Of a DNA stretch of 64,000 nucleotides, positions 13,301 through 24,615 are shown piece after piece; position 1 is the first letter of the stretch, and each line of letters begins with the position of its first letter. The translations under genes and the position numbers were made by a program. The notes under the pieces are model-generated. The model did not search any database. It saw only the letters and a list, made by a program, of their open reading frames with translations, and was not told the origin of the DNA. The DNA lies in NCBI GenBank assembly GCA_965202585.1, contig OZ241826.1:22072001-22136000 (forward strand), given 5' to 3'. This DNA is from Thalia democratica. Lineage: Eukaryota.

Positions 13301-15833
13301 ATGATAAATTTTCAGTTATATATAACCGTATAGAAAAATATTTTCTATGGTCGAAAATAGTATAAGTTGTAATCATAATAACTCTTTTTTATTATTATGG
13401 TATAACAGTAACTTAACAGAATACTAATATATATTTACCAGCTACAATATACACATGCCTTATTTATACATAGAATTATTGTTTTTACTCAAGCTATGAG
13501 TTTAAGGTAAAAATCGTACTACATACATGGTTCATGATAACTACATATGCCTAATATTTAAGCAAACTACCAATATTTTGTTTCTGTTCTATTGTAACTC
13601 ACGAACAAAGCTTGTGTAAATATCATTCTTATCCGATTAAAAGTGACAACAATGGTGAAGTAGTCGGTTTTTAATAAAGAAAATAAGGAGTGTAAGGTCA
13701 AATCGGCTGTATTTAGTAAACTATTTAGAAAAACTACGTACTTTATATTTCTTTTGTTTCTAACTTAAATGTAAAATAGTAGTTATATAAACTTTTCACA
13801 TTTTTATTCTATTGCCAATATTTTGAAACAACCATGGTTTTCTAAACTAAACAAAGAATATAAAGTTTAATTTAATGATAATTAGCTTAAAAGTGTTATT
13901 TTGTAAATAAAACAATAACAATAAAAAAAGAAATGAAATTTAAGCTACAAACTTGATCGAACCTATTATAAAACATATTAGCTTAAGCATTATTGGTAAC
14001 ATTTTGCAAAAAAAAACTAGTATTAAAGATTTATTATACGTTATTTTTTTTTTATAATAATAGGTACGATCTAAATAATACTTTTTGACTATAATAAAGT
14101 ACTTCAAAACTTAATTTAAAGCTACAATCTGTAAAAGCTTTTATGTAAAGTAAATAGTCGTAGTAAGTGTGTCAGCTTACTTATTTTTTTGTTTGAATGT
14201 AAAAATAGTAAATAAATATAAATACTCCTAAAACTTACCGATTTTTATTTTTACAAATAAAAATAGTTTTTTAAATACGAATAATACATTTTTATTTAGA
14301 ACAACAATTAAAATGAATTTTAAAACTGACAAAATAATTTAAAAATAAATAAAAAAATAACTTTTTTAATACTAACTATAAATATAATAAGCTTAAGTAC
14401 ATGTTTTATTATTTAAAAACAATTAAAGTCAAAACTTACAACTAATGAAAACATGTTCAAAACGCTTGAAACATTTTGTAACTTGTTTATGTACAACAGC
14501 TTAGAGTGAATTTTGTATTATGTAAAAACTAAGCTGCTAATTAAAGTTAATATTATTTTTTTAAACATAGTAATTTTAAACTTAAAACTGATACAAGTTT
14601 TGTTATTCATTTCTAATACGATCTTAATCGAATAGTTATAAAAATGAAAAAAATAAAAATAAAAACGTGTAACAAAAATAATTTTACATTAATGCATTAA
14701 TTCAATTGTAAAACATTAGTGTCAATACACAAGCAATCGTCTGTTTTCCTGGACTACTTGAATTTTTTTTGAAAAAGTTTGGAGAAAATGTTTTAAATTT
14801 TAGCTTTGTCAGCTAATCTTTAAAAACAATTGTTATACAAATGCTTTAATTTTTAGAATTGCTGTTTTAAACTTTGTTAATATGTGAGATTTTATGATGA
14901 AAATTCAATATATTTAAAGGAAGTAAGTTTTAAGAAAATTATTTAGCTTAGCGAAATCTTTTTTTTTTTGTGTTCATGGTTACTAAATACTTGTTTTTTG
15001 TTAATTATTTACACCTACTTATACAAACACTAAATCTTTATAGTCATTGTTTGAATACTTTTTGAACAAACCTAACACGCACTATGTCATTGTAACTACC
15101 AGAGGTGCGTTTATAAATGTAATGATTTTAACCTTTGATAAGCTTTACTGTATACTACATTTAAGAAATTTATTATAAGTACACAAAAGGTTTGTTTTGA
15201 TCACGACTTTTGTAAAAAAAAAAAACATTTTAAAGTCGCATGTCTTTGTCAAAAATAAACAAAAGAGTTTTATGCAAATATTGTACTAGTTACGACCATG
15301 GTTACAGTAAAACGTTATTATTAGTTATAAATTGAACATTTTTTTCCAAAAACTTCAGTTTAAGTTTAGCAGCAATAAGTCTACATTAGAAAAAGTATAT
15401 CTACTATTTTTTTTTGTTTTATATTTTACAAAATGTATCTAACTAAGTTAATACTATTGCATTATACTAGTGTACAGTTAAATTAGTATGTAGTCAGTTG
15501 TGTAATTGTTAGTGGTCTCCTTAAAACAAACTTTTAAGAATTTTCAAATATTAAATATTTAATTTGTGATTAAAGTGAAGTGAATTTTCAACGCAAGAAA
15601 AAAAGGATAATAAAAAAGAATTAAAAAACGTGTAACAAAATACTAATAAACTCTAAAGTTACTAACAATATCAAACATTTATGTTTTTAATAAGTTTTTA
15701 AAAGTTTATACATTTAAAATACGTTATTTAGTTCATAAATATTTCAGTTTGTACATATCTACAAACGTCAACATAACAAGAAGACAGGCGTTGTCATTAT
15801 TTTATAATTCAGATTTTCTAGAATTTAATCAAA

Positions 15834-17585
15834 ATGAAGATCATGTTTATAATTTTTCTTGTTTATTTTTACCAAGTGGCAAGTCAAACTACTTCTAATA
15901 TTGATGATAGATTGACACTTGCTGCAATAAGAAAACTCGTTTGTATCGATAACAAGAATACGAACGGTACTGAAGGTTTTATATACTTTCGTTTAATTAT
16001 ATAAGTAGAAACATGCTTTGTTTATAAGTTTTAACTTGATAATTTAAATTAGTTAAATATCTTTTTTTTTTCAAAAGAAAATTATTATTTAAAATATTTT
16101 CGAACACTAATAAAATTAATTTTTGATTAGTTTTTAAAAATACAATACTATCATATACTGTTAATCCAAGAAGATGTATAAACCTATTTAGTATGTTTCG
16201 CCTAATGGCTTGGAGATTCAAATAAAGGCTTTGAGTTGTCAGTTAGATTAAAACAGACAATTATAGAAACATAAATATATATATATTAGTTTATATTTGG
16301 TTTAAAGAAGTTGTAATACAACAATTATTTAACTTTAAATTCAAATACATTTTGTTTGAACGTTGTTTTTCAGGTGAAAAAGGAGAACCAGGTGCTAATT
16401 GTGACGTCATAGATAAAGTAGAAATGCTTGATCGTGAAAATAAATTGCTGAGTCAGCAAGTTTCAACATTGGAACACACTGTTGATAAAATTGTAACAAT
16501 AATAAATGAAACGTGTTAGAAAAAATTGTAAAAGACTAGATCTATATTTTACTTTCAGTTTAAGTAGATTAAGATAACAAATAACATTGAATAATGTTTA
16601 AATATTGATGAAAAATATTAAACATAAAGTTTTCATGATTTAAATTAAAGTTATATAATTAATGTAATAGCAAAATCTCTTCATTTATAACAGCTTTTGA
16701 CTACACATTCAAGTTGACACCTTACAGAGGAACCTTTGATGAGTGTCGTAAGCAGTGTCAAGCTATGGGCGGTGATTTAATTCATAAAAGTTTCGGAGAA
16801 AACGGTATAAAGTATCACTCGTTAGTTTATAGAAACCTTTTTATATGTATTTTAGAATTTATATGTGAATATTTCGGTAAAAATTGTATTAAGTATCATT
16901 CGTTAGTTGTTAAAAACCTTATTGTATATCATTAAAAATTTATACACGAATATTTCAGTAAAAATTAAATTAAGTATCATTCGTTAGTTATGGAGCAACT
17001 TTAATTTTGTGTAGATTAATTTTTTTTAGTAGTTAAAAAAAGAGTTAGTATTTGTTAAAGTTAAAACATTTAATTATAAACTATTTATTATTCAAAATGA
17101 ACTAAAGTTTATGTTGTCTTTTACTACAGATTAGAAGAATTAGGTTACTTTTGTCAAAAAAAGTTATTAACTTAATATTTGTCAAATAAACACTCTAAAA
17201 AGTTTTCCACACATTTTCTTTAACTTCATAAAAAAGTTAGTTAAAGTTTGTTTAATCATTAGTCTTTTTATTTGTCAACTTGTTTTATTAACTCAGGCAA
17301 ATACGAAAAATGGTTGAATCATCAGAAAAGCATGTTTGGGTTGGCATCACGGATCGCCAAACGGAAGGTGTTTTCAGATATGTGAACGGTGAAACGGTGA
17401 ATGTGATCAAAGGAAAACCCTTTTTATATTACTTTGCAGCGGGGGAACCAAACAACGGTTCCGGTAATGAAGACTGCGTGCATTTTTGGAGAGAACATCT
17501 TGGACTCAACGACTTAGATTGCATGGTGAATAACAATGGAGTTGGCATCCACGGTCTTTGCGAGATGAAAAACTTCATATTCTAA
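15834..17585 (+). CDS. Secreted mini-collectin-like C-type lectin 1 (~232 aa); exons 15834-15975, 16374-16514, 16694-16820, 17297-17585
   Basis: Signal peptide MKIMFIIFLVYFYQVASQ; short Gly-X-Y run GTE-GEK-GEP-GAN; heptad neck; CRD with WVGITD, EPN, EDC, LND, GLC. GT-AG introns with consistent phases 1,1,2. Confidence 0.9.
16791..16989 (+). repeat. Three 81-bp tandem units copying the lectin 1 exon-3 end and donor
   Basis: tttc(g/a)g...aagtatca(c/t)tc|gttagtt begins at 16791, 16872 and 16953; GT at 16821, 16902 and 16983. Confidence 0.9.
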
Positions 17586-19841
17586 AACTATACCGCTGTC
17601 TTTTTAAAGTATTAGTTTTTTAAACTTAAATTAATTTGACTTGTAACTTTTGAAGTTTTATTTGTTACTTTGTTAAGTTACAAAAGTATTTTAATCTTTT
17701 TTAATTAAACATTTAAAAATTTTAATTTTCAAAAGTATCTTTATAGTTTTAGTTTACTGAAAATTGGTAAACATAATTAAAGTTTTTTGTTGTTGTCGAT
17801 TTTATCTAATTTTAAAGTAAATGTTTTTAAAAAATAAATGTTTTTAAAACTATTTTGTTTTGTTTTGCTTAAAATTTTAGTTCAATAACATTAATATTTG
17901 TTGTCAGTTTGTTACACTGTATTAATTAAGAACAATAAATTGTAAAACAGAATAACTATCGTTATAAAAAATAAACTTTAGACTGATTGACGCATAATAA
18001 TTATCTAGAAAAAAATACAATAGAGTTTTTACAAAGCTTATACATATTACTTTATAAAGTAAATGAAGCTTTTTTTTTATAGCGTAAGTTTGTGATATCA
18101 TTGAAATTACTTAATTTAAGGCAAGTATCCGTTATTTCAACATCTATCTATACACATAAAAATTTATTAAATTCATTGTTTCCTGTTTTATTCAACAAAG
18201 TACTATAATAAATATTATACGGCTTAAAAAATAGTTAAGTTAACAAAAATTGTTTGACTAACCTTATCAACTAGTAAATTTATGTTGTTGAATAATCGTT
18301 AAATAAATGAGTAGTTTAATAATAAAATTAATACATTATAAAAACATTGATAAGCATAAATTAATAAAATTTTGTAATTTTATTTTTACAAAATTACTAT
18401 TTTTATTTAAAGTATACAATTTAAGAGGAACATCGTTATACATACATAAGTTTACTTTAGTTTTGTAATGTTAAAAATTATGTATTGAAGTAAAAGCTTT
18501 GTTTATGGTAATTTTGCTCTTAAAGTAAAAACTGCGTTTAATTTTGTTTATGATGTATATCAAAATACAGTTCTTAGTTTAAAATTTTTTTAAAAAGTAT
18601 AATTAACTTAAACAAAACTTTATTTACTCGTTGTAAAATGCTGTTATATCTAGAAAAAATAGTTTATTTATTACGTTTTGGTAAATTGACGCCTTGTTTG
18701 TGTACATATAGTCAATAGATAAATTATTAACGGTTGTAGTTATCAGCTTTCCAGGACATGACGTTAAAATGCGTTGGTGTGAACTCGATAACTTAAATGT
18801 TTATTTGTACACCAGGTCGTAGGACCAACATTTTTTGAAGATATTTTTTCGTTCAATAAACAATACTATTAGCGCAGCGATCTTTAAGCTTCTGTTAATT
18901 TACCCCGCGTTGTTATTTCCTTATTTTAGGGGGTAAATTTTCTTGATAACAATTAGTTTGAATTTATATTTACAAATTGTCTTTTTAATTTATAAATTTC
19001 TTTTTATAGTTTGACGATTTTTTAAAAGCTTAAAGTTTAAAGCATCTAGTTTTTTTTTCTTCAAAATTAAACACTGTTTCTATATTTAAGCATAAACTTA
19101 GTAATTATTTTTCAAAAAGAGACAGATTTGGTAATTACCTTTAAAAAAGGGGTGAAATATGAAAAACATCACGAATAGCTAAAAGAATGAGTATTATGGC
19201 GGCAAGCAAGTATATAAGTTGTCAACTACCGAAGAGGCGATTAAATTGTATATACCTGCCAAGAAGGCGACTGTTAAAATGTCTTCGGGAAAGCCTAACT
19301 TGGAGCTTATTCTTCTTAAAACTTCAAGTTTTCTGTTACTATAAAAATAAGTTAGTTTTGAATATAAGTTTGTAAAAACTAACTTGACTTTTTATAGATT
19401 TTATCTTTGTAGTAGGTATACGCATCGCTTTTTTAAACAAATATGGACTTTGAGAAAAATAATGGACTTGAAGTTAAATTAAACATCTATAAATGTTGAC
19501 CTTTAAAACATAAACGATTATATTTAGTCATGGATAACAATTCAACAGAGAAAACTATTATTTTTAATTAAGCTTAATGAAAATTCAACAAAGAAAAAGA
19601 AACAAAAGAATAAAGTTATTAGCAGGAAAATAACATATTTAAAAAATGTATATATTGTCATGGAAATTTTAAATCAGTTTTCTTAAAACGTTTGATATAT
19701 AAATTAGTAAAAAAAAGTTTTAAAATTAATTTCTAGAGTGAGACCAAAATAGTTTTTAAACAATGACAAAAACTTTTTATTTATTTTAAATTTAGCTCAT
19801 GAATAGAAAATTTAATAGATGTACAGTTTTTTCACACAAAC

Positions 19842-22800
19842 TTAAATACATTTAATTGAATTGCTCAAATTTGAGTCATATTTCCCAACTGTAGACAAAA
19901 TTCGAGCTGAAATGTAATTTTCTTCTCTTTCATTCACTTTTACCACAAAAACGTCATCGGAAATTCTTGTGACAGTCTCTGATATTTCCTCATTAACTAG
20001 TATTTGGGGTTTCTTTAAAGATATAAAGTTTATATACTTTCCATTAAGCTTTGTAGTTTTTGTTTTTGATTTATAGTGTTTTAGTTTTATTAAATACTGC
20101 AATGAAGGTTTATTAAGTATACATGTACTGTATTTTTTAAAAATTTATATCAAGTGAGTTTTTAATATACATTGGAAAACTTAAATAGAGGGCTAAAAAA
20201 TTTATAAATTTTTGATATTTTTTTGCTTTACAGAAAAACTAACAAAGTATTCGTAAGTGTCGCTGGCATCCACATTAGAAGGAAGCTTCAGTTTGATTTT
20301 GCACTCGTCACCTGTATGTTGTGTTTCTTCATATATTTATTTATAAAAATTAATGATAGTTTATAAAGGCTATGTATGATTTTGCACTTATATTCTGTTA
20401 ACTCTTAATTGTTAATATATTACTTTTGTTAGTATTGATGATAAAAAATATTAGTAAGTATTTTAATTTAGTCATACATGATACCTATTAACGTAGCCCG
20501 AATCAATTTTGGAGCTTCTGGTTTTAAGGTTGATGAGTTAATAGTTCGCATTACCCAGAAAGGTTTGTGGCGTTTAGCGAATGGGTGGATCCATTCAACC
20601 TAAGTATTTTTGTTGTTTAAAATAAATTTGAAATATATTTAATTTGAAATGTTTAAATCAAGTTAGGTTTGGTCATTAATAAACATATAGTTTAAACTAA
20701 TTTCGAAAATAGGCAACCGTAATAACCGTAACTAATGAACTTTAAAAAACCTTTTGAAATCTGCCATTGTTTAAAGTATTATGTTTACTAAAAGTATTAT
20801 TTTGTATATATACTTGTTGTGTTTTATTTTATTGTTTCAATTGTAGTTTCCCTGAAGAGAATTTAACGAAATATATTGGAATGAAAAAATTTGAGTGTTC
20901 TTTTATTCATTAAAAAATTATAAAAAAAAGTATGATGTTTAAATTATTAAAAGTATTTGCGTTTAAACTTTACGACTACTAACTTTTATTCTGTAAGGAG
21001 TGTTCGATTCAAAAAACTTGTTGGTAATCGTCACAGTTGGCCATCTAATCCCTTTTAAGACGGTAGGTTTAATTAAACGTTTTTCAATAAACCTAATTGT
21101 GACGTTAAAGTCCTTATCAAGGTTGACGTAGTCGTTGAATCTCAGGGAAAACAAAGGCCTTTGATTTCGGGGTCTAATCTTTATCGGTTCAGTTACCGCG
21201 CTTTCAAAATCGAAAACTGAAAAACAAAATTTTTTTTGAGTTTATGTGATTATTTTCTAGGGCTATATAAAAAAATAACTTGTTACAATATTGTTAGTAC
21301 TTTTTAATTGTATAAAAAAACTATTTGTAAGTATATAGGCAAACAGAGTAGTTTACTAGCAAAAATAAAAGGTTCAAGTGTAGTTTACCAAGCTTGTCTA
21401 ATACAGGTATTAATCTTTGTTCGTAAAAAAAATTAAACAACAACCTTTGATGTCCGTGCAATAGCATTCCCATCTTACTGTAATATAAAAATTGTATTTT
21501 ATTTAAAAGCTGTATTGCTTTTTTAGATATCATATGAAATTTAACAAATATAAAACAAATGATTGAAATTAGTTTTTTCAATAACAACTAAAAGATTAAC
21601 GTTCACTTTGAACTTTCAAGTTTGAAACCAATACACTTTTCGTTTATTACATAACAATTATCATAAAATCAAGTAAGAAAAATATAAACTAACAACAAGT
21701 ATCCTTCAATCTATTTTCGTTTCTACCAACAAAAGTAGCGTTCCAGTTCTTACAAATTTTTCTGACTGTGTCGACATGAAACTTGTACTTGTGAGCCTGG
21801 CGACTGAAAAAGTATTTTCCTGTACCTTTGCTGGAACTCATTAGTAGTATACCTATATTTCAAGTTTAATAATTAACATTTATAACATGAATCTAAAAAT
21901 ATGAAATATAATTTCTTTATTTTTAACCAAGCTTATACATTGCTCATTTATTTTACCAGTGATGTACATCAGTGGCGTAGCGTAGTATTTTGTTCAGGGG
22001 GTGCGCAAATTTTTTCTTTAAAAATACCCTAAAGTAAAACTTGCACATATGTAAACTTACTAAATGAAAATTGTTTTTACTTCTTACAGTAAACTTTATA
22101 CTTTTAAAAATGAATATATTTAATAAACCGAAAGTATCGATTTTATTTACAAAAAATATCAATCTCTTTAATATACAATACAACAGTAATAACAACACCT
22201 CATTGCACATAATTTAAATAAAGTTATACAGAAGTTAAAATAGACCAACTTTATACCTGTTATTACAAACTATTACAACTTCGTAAAATAGTTAAAAGTA
22301 TACTTTTTAAATTTAATTCATCTGATTGTATTTGTTTAAAATAAAAATCACAAACAAAGTTTATTTCTCATAGGCCGACACTCTTTTTATTGTATGTTTT
22401 CAAAAATAAAGATCGGAAAACTAGCAGTAGTTTTAACATTTAATGTAGCATAAAATAAAAACTCGTAAAATTGTTTAATTTTCCTTAAAGCGTGACGTAT
22501 TTCTGTAAACATATTGTAGAAAAATCTGTCATATGGTTATACTAGTGCGGTGCACTAATTAGTTGCGTTCTTTTTGAGTCATAAATCTTATAAAGTTAAT
22601 GAAGTTAGAAAATTTTTCCTTATGGAGTTTTTCATCAAAATCGGTAACCACTTTCGCTTGCGCACCGAAATAGTATATTGGGTAATTTTCCTAACTTGTC
22701 ACTAATTGGTACTTAAAATTTCGTTTAACTTATCGAATACTAGATAATCATAGTTGAAAAGGCGAATTAAGCAGAAAAGATAAAATAAAGGATAAAGATA

Positions 22801-24615
22801 TTACATTCTTTTTTTTTATTTCTTTTCTTTCTTAGGTGGTACGCATGCGCCAGTGTCCCTCCCTACGCTACGCCCCTGAAGTACATACTTAGTGTCTTTT
22901 TGTTAGTTTGTACCGTACACCTAACGTAAAAAGTTTATTTAAGATAATTTTGATTTTGCTTTTTTATTCTGAAAAAAAGATACTTTTCTATTTTACTTTT
23001 TCAAAAACTTAAAACATGAAACAACAAAAATAAATAAAACTGTTATTTAAAAATCAAGATAAAATTGATTAGTATTTAATGTAGGTAAACATTTGATTTT
23101 CAATTTTTAACACCTTACATAAGTTTTAAAGTTCTATAATGAGATATCCGCATATATAACGAAATAGGCCTTGTAAAAATAAGGTCAGTCTGATTTGCAT
23201 ACTTGCTGAGTCAGCAAAATAAAACTTATTTTTTTAAGATTATTTTGTTTTAATTTTTTCACCTATATTTTTGTTTAATTTTTAATAGGTTTAGATATGA
23301 TAGATAAAGGATTAAGGTATAAACTAGCAAAAAATATAAAGTTATAAAAAAGCTTGCTGACTCAGCAAATATGTAAAACAGACTTATTTTGAAGTATACA
23401 TTCCGTAAAATAAAAGGGTAATTAAAAGTATAGGGTTATAAGTATATTGGTCTCAAATTTAATATCCTATTTTAATTGTATAAATTTCAAAAGCAAACCT
23501 TCAATATCTCTAAAAGTGTAATTTTCACCATCACTTTCGCAAGTATAATCATCGTGCATTCTTGTAATTTCAGGTCTTATCTGTAATTGGTTATTAGTTT
23601 TAAAATTCAGTCTTATTTGCAAATTGAAAAGAGAAATTGTCTTAAGCTTCTCTTTTTATTGTATGAAATTTTCTAGTATTTCAGGTTATAATCTAGAAAC
23701 TTTAACAAGCTAAGTTTTTTTTTTACCCATCTATCTCATGCTTTTCTTAACAAATTAAATATTTTTAGTATTAAAATAATATTATTTTTTAAATATTATA
23801 GAAAACATACCACTCTTAATGTGCTGACGAGTATGTTTTTAGTTTTGTTGTTAGTTACTTCGAAATGCGGATATCCTTCAATACTTTTGTTATTCAGAAA
23901 CCAGGAAACATTTTTCCAGTTTTGCATTGAAAATTTACATACAAATGTCAGTTTATCAATACCTGTTCTTCTTGTTGATATAATCTTTGTTGGTTTGCTG
24001 TCTGTGATTACATCGTTTATATTTTATATTATTTGAGTTAAACTCTGAGCAAAGCTAAGTAGTTTAAATTTGTCAAACTACAATTAAAAATTCATTCTAA
24101 ATAGTTAATTTAGATTGCTTCTAAAAAAGTAACGGCTAGATACAACACTTCAATGTTAAAATTAGTTCAACGAGTGCAACAAACTTTTTTTAAAGTACAA
24201 CAAAAATCAAAATACTACTAAATATATTAATTAGCTATTTTACACATGCTACTTCAAAGAAAGTAAATTAGTTTCAGTTTAGAATTTTAAACTGCAATTT
24301 TTAAACAAGGCAAGTTATTTTATGCACAAAACAAAGATGCTAAATTGAAAAGTTTTTTCTACAATAACATGTGCTTTAATATTTTGACATTTATAAATAA
24401 TGTCAACATAATAAATGTTTATATACCTAAAGATAATTAAAAAAAAGCTATCGAAGTCCTTTTTGCATTTTAAATTATTTTTTTTTATGTATTTATAAAA
24501 ACTATAGTTATATTTTCTTAAACTACAATTAGAACAAAAATACACCAAAAGTCAAATAACCTGCATAAGCTTCCATGACCATCAAGAAAAACAAATAGAT
24601 AATAACCTTCTTCAT
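19842..24615 (-). CDS. Secreted Ig + Link-like + two FN3-like domain protein (~386-400 aa); exons 24615-24561, 24001-23811, 23580-~23500, 21852-21694, 21477-21445, 21216-20984, 20599-20485, 20311-20244, 20096-19842
   Basis: Signal peptide MKKVIIYLFFLMVMEAYA; Ig motifs FVCKF/VSWF/DDYTC; Link-like GKYFFSRQAHKYKF...ICKNWNATF...C...RWECYC; beta-sandwich motifs PYRIKVEW and KPEAPKLI. All junctions are phase-consistent except exon3-exon4, which is unresolved. Confidence 0.75.
21970..22878. mobile_element. Non-autonomous hAT-type element (909 bp) in an intron
   Basis: TIRs cagtggcgtagcgtag 21970-21985 and ctacgctacgcccctg 22863-22878 (15/16); 8-bp flanks atgtacat and aagtacat (7/8) as TSD. Confidence 0.85.
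23183..23386. mobile_element. ~200-bp foldback element with T-MARE palindromes in both arms
   Basis: catacttgctgagtcagcaa versus the reverse complement of ttgctgactcagcaaatatg (19/20); TGCTGA(G/C)TCAGCA at 23204-23216 and 23355-23367. Confidence 0.65.

Noticed and set aside
10330-19850. Splicing the Ig-Link-FN3 gene to the 10140-10330 exon, which would nest lectin 1 in a 9.5-kb intron
   Set aside because: Phases would fit, but exon 20096-19842 has its own stop with AATAAA ~60 nt later, which is the simpler model; needs cDNA.
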